A stretch of 64,000 bases of DNA from Takakia lepidozioides (GCA_030704615.1 CM060731.1:32302001-32366000), one strand, 5' to 3'. Shown: positions 12,369-24,769, numbered from the stretch's first letter. Notes: a model not told the origin generated them from the sequence alone. Program-made: numbers and translations.

Positions 12369-15300
12369 TCAAGCAGTCCGACCTGTATCCTGCCGTAGGG
12401 CCTTGTGCAGCTCGTTGAAACTCAGTGTTGGAGCATGGATGAAGACGTCCACTACGGATATGCAACTCATGCGCTTCAGAAAAATGTAATAAAGGTGTTT
12501 GCAGGGGACGTATGCTGCATTCTTCGATTCCATAACAAGGAAGTCCTCACAGTTGCAAGCTGGGTACTGAGAAACCGTGATTACATATACGACACTGTGC
12601 GCAGCAGACCTGGCTGTTGACAACTGAAATATGCGCCCCATTCCGGGGTGAGGAACATCCCTGCAACCTTGCACTATGCAGGGCATTGCAAGAGCGTTGG
12701 CCATCCTGGTGTCGTTCGCCTTTGTTGGTGACCGCCGTCTTTTCAGTTTCCCCCACCGATGGGTGGGCCAAGCTGCGGGGTCACCCACCGGTATGCGGGG
12801 CGAAGAGCTTCTCGTGGGAGGAGGATGACGACTTGGAATTGGATTTCGTGGAACGTTTGTCCTCTCCACCAGTCGAAACCCTACACTTCCTAGAGCGTCT
12901 GCCTCCTCCAGGGTAAGATCTGTACCAGTTGCCACAGGCCAGACTGCTGGTGGTTCAGGCATGCCTTGTACACCATACTTGGGCTTGTCGAACACACACG
13001 ACATGATGTCGTGCCTGCAGAACCAAAACTCCTTCAGTGTGGCCTCCACAAACTTTGCGCACACAAATCTCCCTGTGAAGCAAGGGGCAGGCACACCGCC
13101 CTGCGGGCTCCTCCGAATCATCTCATTGCATCTCTGGTTGGTGTCGACACGAACAACACAACATTTGCCACAAAATGACGGACGGGTCCGTGCAATTCTC
13201 CACTGCGAGGCCGCCACATCTCGCTCCACAATTGGAATGTTGTATTGGGTAACGATAATAGGAGCAGCATGCTCATCCTCGGCATGTTGTCCCGAGTCTG
13301 GCAGCGATTCCATGGATGCTGCAGGAGAGGGGGTACGAGTCATGCTGGGAGGAGGCGTGAGACGTAACATCGTTGTGCCCCGAGGTTGAGTGCGGATGTT
13401 CATATCTGATCTCCATGAATCATCGTCGCCTCCGGGCATGTCCACAATTCTTCTCTTCACCGGCCAGCTGCGGACATCGCCCTCCAGGCAGTTCCCTCGA
13501 CTGTGTAACGGCGTTGATCTTATTGTTTCCCGCAATGCAGCAGTCCATTTTTTGGGATCGGTCGAACGATGCGCCGCCCTCATCAGCATCTCCTGCCTGT
13601 CTGGTCCGATACCCCATTGCTTTCCTCCCAGAAACTGGTAGTAACAAGTTTGTTGCATGATGGCCCTCACAATATCTTCTGTTGTTGCTGTCAACATGTC
13701 AACGAGATGTGCCGCAGAGGAAGCACGCTAGGAATAGTGCACCGATTCGGCCATGTTTGCCGTCGGCATATCCGTGTCATTCTCCAAGCTCATGTCCTGT
13801 TGAAGGAAATTAGAAATGTCACTTATTGTGGAGAATGTCCAATCTCATAACAGAACAATTGTCAAGTACAGAAATGTGTTACATGTCTCATGTAGTCTCC
13901 AAACTGGCGGAATCTTTAGTGCCCCATGCAAGCCACGTTTGCAATTCTGGCTGATCTTTCACATCCACTGCCCTTGAAGACACCCACCAGGCGCGTATGG
14001 TTGCAAACTTGGTCTCCGCCTCGTCGATGGAATTCGCATTTTTCCACGCAGGGCACATACTGATATGATCTCGCCGGTGGCGCCACAAACCTTTTCATGT
14101 TTTGCGTCAAACTCTGCATGAAGTGGAACCCGCAAGATCTCTCCTTACCTTCCATTGGAGTCTTTGGGTCATCCCCATATACCCTCCTCACTGCAGCCCA
14201 GTTCGCCTGGGCATTGTCAGCCATGAAGCCCCTAAAATCGGGAAGGGGCAACTTTGTTAGCGCCATTTGCTCATTAATTCCGCGCCACATATGCAACTCC
14301 GAATCTGTTTCTTCTCCTTTCATTTCGCAGATAGCAATGGTCATCAACTTTCTGCAATGTGGGTCGTATACATGTGCCCCCATTGTCACCCAATCGTGGT
14401 TGGTAATTCGCTTGATGTGGTCGAACATGACCCAACAATTTGAGAGGTCTCCACTGGTCATCCGCTTCACCAAATCGACACCGCTCCCCGGTCCGCACGT
14501 TGACATCTTAAATATGAAGCACATGTCCGTCTCTGAGCCTTGACCAGGAAAGAAGCTGCCCTGGATGAAGTCGTAGCCGCATGTGCGCTTCACTTCCAAG
14601 ATGGAGTGCATGTCTGATCCTCTTCCGATTCATTTCTTGCAGCCGACAATGTGGTTCCTGACATTGGGGCTGCACACATGGGAGACAGCTTCTAGCAGCT
14701 CCTTCATGTCCCCCTCGCCCAGCTTCTCTCTTGTGCTTCCGTCCTCCGATATTATTCTGCCAATTGCAATTCTATGTGCGGATGCGAGCTGTATCTGCTT
14801 TGGTTTTGCTCCCGGCCTCAACCTCACCTCCTCCTTGATAATATCGTGGGGCTTGTTGAAAAGCGACTCTGCAATTGCCTCTGGTGACGGGGTGGTCATG
14901 CTTTCCGATGTGAATGCATGCTCTGGTGCACGTTGGGCCGACGGTCCTGACGTAGTACTGCTTGGCGTTGCACAGTGCCATACACGTAGGGGCTGTGGTG
15001 CAATGGGCACACTTGAACGTCCCTGCAGGAACTCTACCTTGAGGCCAAAATGGGGTCGGCGAATTGCCAATCCAGTCTGTCTCATTCCGGGTGCCTTTGC
15101 TCGTGTAATGGTAATATGTGCTCAAGAAACATTTAAGATGCCCAGCACACAATACATATCTCACTTGAACTCCATCACCCAGGTTGGACGATGAAGTTTT
15201 GGTGACACACCAAGGGTGGCCGTCATGTTTCCTGTCCATTCCTGCCAGCATGCCGTCTGGGCCTGCGCCTGCCAGCACTGGAGGGAACTCGTAGATAGCA

Positions 15301-16162
15301 TTCACATCCACAACTTCACGCAAAGTTTCCACAGAATGGATTGGAGTTTTGTCGTAATCAAGCCTAAGAAGGTCACTGGAGCGGGAACCCGCTGTCTTCA
15401 TCCTCCGCAATATGTCGATTACTGAGCGGACGGAAGTTGAGTCGGAGGGTGTGTGCTCATTGTTTGCCGACTTCTGAAGACTCCTAGTGACGGACGACTT
15501 TGAAACATACGATGGAAGGACCATACAGTCTTCATCGTCACTGGATAAGTTTGGACGACTGTTTCCCTGTTTTCCTGGATTTCCCTTTTCACATGTTTGG
15601 GCTTCTCTGCTTGTGAAGAGGTGCCCACATCCTTCATGGCAGACGCCACAACTTGCACGCCAGACCCTATTGTGGAAGGAGGATCAACCAAGTTCCAGCG
15701 TGGGAACTCTTTAGGCACGATTTCACCAATTGCACTGTATCGGATGGATTCAGAAGCTGGGAGCCGCCACTCTTTGCCCTTTCCGAAATCTGCATGCAGA
15801 ATGACGGCACTTTCCAGAAAATTTCCATAAGCATCTTTCGTCTCCTCTTCCAAAAACACCGTTACAGGGCGGAGCCCGAACTTCACACACAAGTACTACT
15901 CAGTGACAATCGCAAATCCTTGGTCGCAGGGTATTTTAGCTTTCAGAGAATCAGGATGGAAGTACACGTTTACCCAAACACGGGAGTCCATGTTGAAGAC
16001 GGCAACTCTCGGTACGCTCCGCAGCGAAGTCCTGCAATGAGAAGAGTGTGTCCTACATAATACCACAATCATTTTCTGGAGGATTCTGTATCCAACAGGA
16101 TGGGTGATCAGTGTACGTATGGATGAAGGTGTGTAATGTACGTTACAAATACGGACGACCAC
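12369..16162 (-). pseudogene. MULE transposase of M2: GCM/WRKY-like Zn domain + DDE (CxxH) + C-terminal SWIM
   Basis: GMDRKHDGHPW...CAGHLKC...CAHC...C...C...CIHIGKHDHPV (GCM-like); WVMFDHIKR (D), FMADNAQAN (D), SCGFH (CxxH), NMAESVH (E); ACNCEDF...PCKHLYYIF (SWIM). Split by frameshifts and an intron at about 13797-13890. Confidence 0.85.
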
Positions 16163-16234
16163 AGCAAATTCACATTGGATATTGGGTGCCTGAATTGTGA
16201 TGTACCACTAGTTGGGCTACAATAAATCAGGCCT

Positions 16235-17680
16235 TTTCATGAATTTCGGCACCGAAATCGGGATGAACATCTCTGTCATGTAACAGATTTGGAAGCCACG
16301 GGATGAATTCCGGCAACAGAAATCGAAATTTGTTCACCTCATGAAACTGAGCAAGCACCCGATGGATGGATTTTGGTGCCGAAATCCGGATGAACATGTT
16401 CTTCATGAAATTGTTTCTGCACATAAGGGATGAATTTTGGAGCCGAAATACGGATGAATGTGTTCGTCATTAGAGTCATGATACACCACGTGTCCGGATT
16501 TCTGTGCCGACATCCGGATGAGAGTAATCCTGAATCGACAGTAGGGATGAATTTCGGCGCCGCAATTCATTCTTCTTCTCCTTTTTCGACCCTAATTGTG
16601 CTGTCCTGCGGATGAATTTCGGCACCGAAATTCATCCCAAGTCCCGCCTTCAATTTTTTTTCCTTGCGACAGATGAATTTCGGCGCCGAAATTCATTCGA
16701 AGTCATCCCTCCAATTTCTTTAAAGGGTTTGAGCGCTGGATTTCGGCGCCGAAATTCATCCAATGCCCTCCCTCCAATATTTATTTTTCTTTGAAATGGA
16801 TGAATTTCGGCGCCAAAATTCATTCTTACTGTCCGCAAAGGGTAACTCCAATATTACATTTTCTATGCGACGGATGAATTTCGGCGCCGAAATTCGTCCG
16901 AACCCGACACTTACTTCTTGTTTCTGGATGATATATGGTTCCGAAATTCGTTTGAAATAACCCATTCTGACAAAAATAACACGAATATTCTGCATAAAAT
17001 GGAGAAATCGGCACGTTCAAAACCTTATGTCTTTCAAAAGGCCGTTATCCAATGACGAAAGGGGATATTTTCTCATGTTGGGGGAAAATTAATTGCATTT
17101 TAGCTATTGTTTTCATTTGAAACTGAAAGTATCCATTAAGTGGTCATTTTTCGTACAGGATGTTGCCGCACCTAAAGTATAATTTCGGCGCCGAAATTAT
17201 ACTTAACAGTCCAAACATGGCAAGTCCAAGAAGCATGGACAGCAACCGTGAGGGGCAATGATGGCGGCAAAGCGTAGCATGGTGCCGATTTAGTCTTCGC
17301 GCTGGATGTATTTTGGCGCCAAAATATGGATGATTTCACCTCGTCTACGTGCGGACGGAGATATTCTTAATGAATTTTGGCGCCGAAATATGGATGAAAT
17401 GTGCCCAAGTGCAGCGTTCCCACTGTCTCGGAATTAATTCCGGCTCCGATATCCGACTGACATGTGTGCTCATGACGGATGAGGACTGGGGAAGCGATGA
17501 ATTTCGGCGCCGAAATTCATCCGTCCCCTGATGAAACGTGCCGACCTGACTGTTGTATGTCTGTAGGCAAGGGAATTTCATGGCGGTTGGGTTTCATGAT
17601 GTGCGGATAGTTCATTCAATGACGGCTGCTCCGGGAACAGCATCCGGTGAACGGAACGGTATTTCGGCGCCGCAATTCGG
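16235..17680. repeat. Array of about 18 palindromes, consensus GATGAATTTCGGCGCCGAAATTCATC, with non-repeating spacers
   Basis: Copies near 16239, 16302, 16367, 16429, 16495, 16546, 16611, 16672, 16737, 16798, 16872, 16930, 17175 (perfect 30-bp palindrome 17175-17204), 17305, 17369, 17430, 17496 and 17660. Confidence 0.9.
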
Positions 17681-17906
17681 ATAAAGCGTCTTCTACTGGT
17701 GGCTTGAACATGTACGCGTCGTGTTGCAGTCGACTTCATCCGTGCGAACGTGTCAGGGGTTGCAATATCTTCATCACCCATACGGCACGCTTCGGGAGAC
17801 GTGGCTGCTTACGCATCTGCTCGTGCATAGTGGTTGCATGTTCCACCGCTTCGCTCTCTCACTCCTTGCCCTTCTGCAGTGACATTCTCCTGCGTTTTCT
17901 CTCCTT

Positions 17907-20637
17907 ATGCAGCATAGTGATAGCATAGAGTTTGTGGAAGGTCAGACGACTCCGGCTCAGAGAAGGAGGACGCGAGATTTTGGGAAGCCGCCGACGACAC
18001 GACTTAAGCTTCGTCTCATGCAGGAAATGCAGACCTCGTTATCTGGAGACTCGGATCGCCCACCAGTGAGAGATTCGTGCTTCGCGGATGTGAAGCACTC
18101 CATACGCACTATTCCTTTTACACCTTTTTTTTTGCGTGCAGTGTGTCATGTTTTCCTGTTTGTTTGACATGGGAGCTGGGGAGGGATCTCAGGGGGGCGA
18201 GCCAACACAGTCAACTTTGGAGACTCATGCCCGGGTGCTGCGCTCGCAAGGTGGAAGTGCATCGAGGCAGGCAACTCCTCATTCAACACCTCAGAAATCG
18301 CCTCAGAAAAGCCCACCTAGAGTCCGAAAGCCGAGGAAGCAAAAGGAGCCCATGGCTTTGCCAGTAAAACCACTTAGGAGACAGGAAGCGGAGAGATTGG
18401 GTTTGCAGGCAGTTTCAGAAAACACGGATGCGGTGGAGGCCGCTGAAGATGTCGGACTCGGATCTACAGAAGGGCGGCCCATTGAGCTGACAGAAGCAGA
18501 GGACGACAACGTCGTGCGACTTGACGACTTCCAAGGAGATCAGAACCTGCCTGGAGCTTGCGGAGGAGCAAAACCTCCAAGACAGTAGACAGGCTGGTGA
18601 GAGGGGTGAGGGAAGTGAGAGAGGTGATAGAAGTAAGAAACTGGTGGCGGGCTCATGAGCGCACGAGACATGAACACAGCAGCGAACAGGTTGCTGGCAG
18701 AGACTTATAGCCTTCCAATTGTAAGGCAAGCACTGCCAGGGGACATCGATCGACTGAAGCACAACTTCAGAGAGGGGTACAAACGGGGGTCGGCAGCATT
18801 CTACGTTTCCATTAAGAATGACCAGGGTGTCACAAGGGGCCCCACTGCAGAGGAGTTTCAGAATTGGAGCCCCCACTGGCACACTGTAAATATCGAGTTT
18901 GAAGTCTCTCTGAAGACTAATCCCACATTCGCACACATGGCAGGGAAGATGTTCTTCGTTTGGGACGGGAACCACAGGATGCTTGCCTGGACAGAGTACA
19001 TTGCTGAAATGCATCCGCAAGATATCAATTGGCATTACATGGTGGACTGCATTGTCGTGAAGGTGGACGTGAGGGACAGATGACTGCTGAAGGGTGCCAT
19101 GGCGGATATAAATCTGTAAGTATACAACTACATCCTTGTGTACTGCATATTGCGGCGCCGAAATAGACAATGTTCTTGACTGTCATCCACTCTATGAACT
19201 GGAAATGGGATCGCTGTGCCGAAATATAGTTATTTTTGTATCACATTTTCATGTTGTTCCTTTTTTTTTTTTCTCCATGGCAGGGTAACAGAGAGGGCCT
19301 TCGTGGAAACTCATCTGGCGCATACGCTCTATAGAGTGCAAGAAGTGGGCACAGCACTGCTGACGGACTTTCAAAAATCCCTCGATCCCGAGCTGTACAG
19401 GAAGTCCTTTGCGAAAGCGGATTGCACCTGGTACCGACCAACACTAGACGCCATGGTGGAGATCCTCTATTCGGTGAGGTTCATCTCAAATTTCCCGATT
19501 TAATGCTATTTGATGCAGGGATCAGTGCCCTGACTGTATCCGCTGGGTATGGGAATGCAGACGAACATCAGGGATGACTTGGCCTATGCCAAAAGGCAGT
19601 TCTTTGAGAGTGATGCCCCCAACAAGGCGGACGCGTCGATAGAGAGTCACATTGTGCAGGCAGGGAGGCAATCACGGACCAAGTACAGGTCCAAACTTGT
19701 GAAGCTAGTTGCAATCGTTGACCCTGGTCTTGGTGTCGAGTACCTGGCGGAGATAGGACTGCATTACTCCAGACCCATGAAACCGGAAATGTCCATGGAG
19801 AAACTTCATCACATCGCAGTGTCCTGTGTTGAGCCGGCGGAGAAGGTTAGCATGTGTTTGTTTTTGTTTTGTGTCTTCTCGCGATTCTCATGATGAGGTT
19901 CTTATGTCTGACTGATGTTAGGCCATGCAGAGGAGATGGCTGCGAATCTGGAACGGCCATACAAACACGAAGCTGTTGTACCACTTCGAGCCAACAGACG
20001 ACAAAATGAACGACTGGCTCAATGTGATGACTTGGTGGCATCAGGTATAATTTCCTCCTCTTCTGTGTGTTGGACATCATCGCAATTTCAAATTCATGAA
20101 TGTTTTGGAAACCTGCACTACTGCAGGTACTGACCCACGCCCAGGAGCAATTGGATTGCAACACCACCACTTTCAAGTTACAGATCGACTGGACGAAACC
20201 GGAGACAATGGAGAACTACGTGCAGTCCTGGCGAGGGCGCTTCGCAAACCTCTTTTTCAGAGAAATTGCAAAGGCAAGACGCAGCGTATACATCGAAGAG
20301 CAGGAGGGTGCCGACAAAGCGGCAATGCGTGTCCTGTTTAGGTAATCTGCTGCCAATGCATCCCCCTATTTGCAGTTTTGAGGATTTAGCTAAGCAGCGG
20401 TGGGTATTTCGGCGCCGAAATATACCTCTGCAAGATGTGAGTGCTGGGTAATTGGGGCACGGTCCACTGCGTATTTCGGTGCCAAAATACCTTATGCATT
20501 GAGAACTTCATCTTGCATTATGCATCAGTAGAATGATTTTTGTTGAACTGCCTCGTGATTGCAGGTACATAAACTTTGCACTCATTCCGTCCGGAGCCAT
20601 TCAAAGGGTTCCACCATTCTTCCTGGCGTGGAGGACA
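17907..20637 (+). pseudogene. Spliced accessory gene of M2 with a ParB/Sulfiredoxin-like domain (3'-truncated)
   Basis: IVRQALPGDIDRLKHNFREGY...FFVWDGNHRMLAW (WDGNHR at 18961-18978)...AMADIN. GT-AG introns at about 19116-19283, 19474-19560 and 20342-20564. A few premature stops. Joined to Gypsy sequence at about 20638. Confidence 0.6.
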
Positions 20638-21900
20638 TTTAAACTTCTAGACATGGTGGGACCACATTGTATGCCCCAGAGGATTCCAGTTAGAGTTCGA
20701 CCGTTAAAACACCTCAGGGGGGACGACAATTCTGATACTACTGTTTCTTCAGCGGACTCTTTTGACATGGCAAAAGACTATGCACTTCAGATGGCAGAAA
20801 AGAAACGACGGGGATTTCCTATGCCTGAGAGGTTACCTCGATATCAGCCAAAGGAGGGTCAGACATTTTCGGATAGTGCTCAATCATCTCCGTCAACCAG
20901 TGACAAGACTCGGGCTCGCACACGGAGTCCTTCACGAGACTCTCACCGTCAGAAGGGTGTTCGATCACAAAGGTTTGCTAATCCTAAACAGTAAACCATG
21001 AGGACACGGCTTTTTGAGAGGGGTAGGGGTAAATGTTAGAGGGCTGCTTGGGACTTTAACGCTTTTACGGGATCTGTGGGGTACCCTTAATTTTTACACA
21101 GACTGAGACCAACAGGAGCCTTAGGGGTGACATCAACAGGCTTTAGGGGGGGGGGGGGGTTACACAGCCCGACACAGCCCGTCACAGCCAGTCACAGCCA
21201 ACACAGCCCGACACAGCCGACAGAGTCCGCCACAGCTTCGCACAGCCCGTCACAGCCGACACAGCCCGATACAGCCCGACACAACCGACACAGCCAGTCA
21301 CAGCTCGGCACAACTTGACACAGCCTGTCACAGTACATGGGGAACAGTTATCATTGGCAGGGAACGACTGTGATGGAACGACATCTGCAGAACGAACATG
21401 TTACTTTAGGGATGACGGTTAATTAGTTAGGTGGTTATAACAGCTTGCGGGCAGAGGAGATCAAGGGGAGAGCAAGAACGAGAGCACGGAGAAGGAGGAG
21501 AGATGAACAGTAGATGTTTGTTACATGTAAAGCTGTAGTGAAACTGTAGGGCAGATTAGAGTCACCATGGCATTGGCCTGATACCTGATAAATCATAATC
21601 TGATACCTATTCGATACAAGCACTCTGTGTAGAGTGACATGAGTGAAGCTGTGAAATGAATGTATGATTAATTGGAATTAAGTAGATACTGAAGCAATCT
21701 GATGCTTCAGTATCAGATAAGGTGAATTGATAACATGAAGGCAAGAAGGAATACAAACGGGAAGCACAACCATGATTCACTAGTTGTAGGTCATGACTGA
21801 TTGTACCGAGCGGGCTGAGTGCTTAGAAATATCCAACTCTTCTATCTTGGAGCTTCCACCTCGGATAGCGAAGGGATGGGTGAGTAAAAGCCGCTCGACA
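20638..21900 (+). mobile_element. Gypsy copy B: 3' fragment (extra-ORF tail, PPT, 3' LTR)
   Basis: FKLLDMVGPHCMPQR...NPKQ* is homologous to the end of the extra ORF of copy A. PPT GAGAGGGGTAGGGG at about 21016-21029, then LTR. Confidence 0.9.
21034..21900 (+). repeat. LTR (subtype 1)
   Basis: TGTTAGAGGGCTGC...AAAAGCCGCTCGACA, with a poly-G tract and CACAGCC repeats. Closely similar to 23796-24749. Confidence 0.92.
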
Positions 21901-23795
21901 GCTGGCAAGTGCACGGCGACAGCGAAGGTCGATGGACTGGATGAGCACCAAAACACCTGCATCGGACAGAAAGAAATTGCAAAAGGAGAAAATCCACCGC
22001 CAGTGGCGTTCATCAAAAGCATTCCAACTTGGACAAGCACCCGATGGAGGGACATCTGGGACTGGCAACCCATCAGGGATGTCCAAGATGATGAGTTCGG
22101 CTGCATATGGCTTCTCCTTCCCGTTCAGCCAGGATTTGGTCATTTTAGCCTGCAAACAAGCATGCAATGGAATGCTCAAGAGGATTGAAACGATCCATGC
22201 ACACAACAGACAAGAAGCAAAAGACAACACGCACCGTGCCGAGGAACTCCACAATCCTCTCCCACACTGGTGATGGTTCGCCCTTGTAATCAGATTTCTT
22301 GGACTCCATCATGGCAAGGAACCCGACGTTTGGCCATCTCCAACCTGGTAGGGCAAATTACCCTCGTGGGATGCTCCACTGCATGGTACGGGTCCTTGGG
22401 ATCAACCACCCCCTTGTTCTTTCTCCCGGATCCCCTACCATGCGGTGGAGTCTGCTGGACAACCACCAGAGGGCCAGTATCTGTAACACTTCCCTACCCA
22501 CCTACCTGCCTTTGTGCCCCCTTCCCCCTACCCCTTCCTTTCCCCACACCACCAGCAACATCCTTTCCCTTTGCCTTTCTACCTTTACCCGGTGTATCCT
22601 GAGTGGGAGGCTCCTTCTCTGCAAGAGTCCTCAAATTTCTCTCATGAATGTCGAGGTCGGCTGCTGCGGCGGTAGCTGCTATACGCTCATTATCTCTCCT
22701 CAAAGACACCTCCTGAGCTGGGGTCTCTGAAGCAGGGCAATCCAAATACCAACCACAAGCAGAAAGATGGTCTAGGCCCCAGTCATGCAAGATCCCCGTA
22801 GTAAACATGGTCTGGTTGCCAACAGGGACAAGCCAAAGGTCCACGAAATCAGTATGTTTGTCCAAGCAGTTCTCTGCCATGAGAACATACTTTATGTACC
22901 TGCAGGAACAGAGACAACCTCATTATGCAATGCAAATATTGTCTCCCAGCTTTTCCACCCCATCATGAAGACCCCCTAAAAGAGTATGCGACACATTACA
23001 CTCCATCACAAACTCATATGAGCCAGCCAAAAACAGGTTGGATGGAGGAGATTGTGTCTATGCAAAACAAAGAAGCACAGTCCATTTTGCACCTGTAAAG
23101 GCATCGTTTCCAGGCTTCCTCTCCTTTCTCTTGTTGGTCAAGCTCATTTGTTCGACTGATGCCAGCATCCTTGCTGAACTCTCTGAAGAAACAAGATTGC
23201 CACACTGTGGCTCTCCATTTCCTCATGTATGCTTGGAAGGAGACCTTCGGTTCTGTCATGGTGATCCCATAGTCAGCCAGCTGCGTATGTAGAACCGATC
23301 GGACCCTTTCATCCATTTGCAGACCAATACAGAAGCAAGAATGAGCACAAAAACAATCACAACCAATGTAACATGGAAAAAGAATGACAGAAAAAGCGAA
23401 AAGAAAGTGACACAGCAAAAGACATCATACCTGGCTCCAGTAAGTGGCCTTGTGAAGCCATGTGTCCAGCACATTGTCACTCACAAGAATGACACGCTGG
23501 GTCTTCTTCTCTTTCTCCGGCCTGGGGAACATGTGGGTATCCCTAACAGTGGGATCGGAGTTCCATATCTGTAGCCACTTCACCTTCTGTTCTGAAGACA
23601 CAATGGCAGTAGACAACATGTGTAACATCTCCTGGGCCATCTCCGGCTTGCCTGGATTGTTGTAATGGTTTTTCACCTCTTGACGGAACTCTGGTCCGAA
23701 GGTTGGGTCTGCAATTCTCAGTTGTTTCACAAAAGCACTCATAATAGTCCTTCTTGTGGCGGTCATCTCTTTCTGGATGTGACTCTCAACACCCT
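21901..23795 (-). pseudogene. Paralog of the ParB-like accessory gene (middle and C-terminal exons) ending in a DNA N6-A/N4-C methyltransferase-like domain
   Basis: Aligns with the + gene: ESHI..., DPTFGPEF..HYNNPGKPEM vs DPGLGVEY..HYSRPMKPEM; W...FFREFSK vs W...FFREIAK; shared CAG|GTACATAAA exon start. It then continues into AELIILDIPDGLP (22069-22083 = DIPDG)...WNAF...WIFSFCNFFLSDAGVLVLI. Cut by LTRs on both sides. Confidence 0.6.
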
Positions 23796-24749
23796 TGTAA
23801 GAGGGCTGCTTGGGACTTAGACGCTTTTACGGGTTCTGTGGGGTACCCTTAATTTTTGCGCAGACTGAGACCAACAGAAGCCTTAGGGGTGACAACAGCG
23901 GGCTTGGGGGGGGGGGGGGGGGGTAACATAGCCCGACACAGCCCGTCACAGCCAGACACAGCCGACACAGCCCGACACAGCCAATCACAGCCGACATAGC
24001 CGGACATAGCTTCACACAGCCCGACACAGCCCATCTCAACCCGACACAGGCAGTCACAGCCCGTCACAGCCAACACAGCCAACACAGCTAATCACAGCTT
24101 GACACAGCCTGTCACAGTACATGGGGAACAGTTATCAATGGCAGGGAACGAATGTGAGGGAATGACATTTGCAGAAGGAACGTGATACTTCGGGGATGAC
24201 GGTTAATTAGTTATGTGGTTAGAATAGCTTGCGGGCAGATAAGGGGAGCGGCAACGGAAAGAGGGGACACTTCATAGGGAGCACTTCTTGGTGATGGAGG
24301 AGAGGAGATCTTGCGGAGAGCAAGAACGAGAGCACGAGGAAAGAGGAGAGATGTACAGTAGATGTTTGTTCCATGCAGCGTTGTAGTGATACTATAGGGC
24401 GGATTAGAGTCACCTTGACATTGGCTTGATACCTGATAAAATCGTAATCAGATACTTATTCGATACAAGCACACTGTGTAGAGAGACATGAGTGAAGCTG
24501 TGAAATGAATGCATGATTAATTGGAATTAAGTAGATACTGAAGCAATCTGATGCTTCAGTATCAGATAAGGTGAATTGATAACATGAAGGCAAGAAGGAA
24601 TACAATTGGGAAGCACAACCATGATTCACTAGCTGTAGGTCATGACTGATTGTACTGAGCGGGCAGAGTGCTTAGAAATATCCGACTCTTCTATCTTGGA
24701 GTTTCCACCTCGGATAGCGAAGGGATGGGTGAGTAAAAGCCGCTCGACA
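23796..24749 (+). repeat. 5' LTR of copy A (subtype 1)
   Basis: TGTAAGAGGGCTGC...CCGCTCGACA, followed by the PBS. Confidence 0.92.
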
Positions 24750-24751
24750 TT

Positions 24752-24769
24752 TGGCAACCATACTGGGGA
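24752..24769 (+). promoter_or_regulatory. Primer-binding site TGGCAACCATACTGGGGA (possibly tRNA-Arg type)
   Basis: TGG-starting 18-mer 2 nt after the LTR end. The tRNA identity is inferred only from resemblance to Ogre/Tat Arg PBSs. Confidence 0.7.

Larger units (their letters stand above)
10348..20637 (-). mobile_element. Large multi-gene Mutator-like element M2 (one terminus present, other end lost)
   Basis: Terminus GGGGGGTTGCTATTCCATGAGCTCATGAGC interrupts M1, and the same terminus recurs inverted at 57876. The CGGCGCCGAAAT motif is shared across the subterminal array, the 12100-12250 region, the intergenic array and the accessory-gene introns, tying the parts into one element. Confidence 0.7.

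Noticed and set aside
16235-16950. CRISPR array (palindromic ~26-bp repeat plus ~36-bp unique spacers)
   Set aside because: Eukaryotic TE context, no cas genes, degenerate repeats, and the same motif is scattered through introns and the element terminus.
21034-24749. Non-autonomous LTR element that captured a gene between two near-identical LTRs
   Set aside because: The left LTR is preceded by a PPT and the right LTR is followed by a PBS, so they are the 3' and 5' LTRs of separate insertions.
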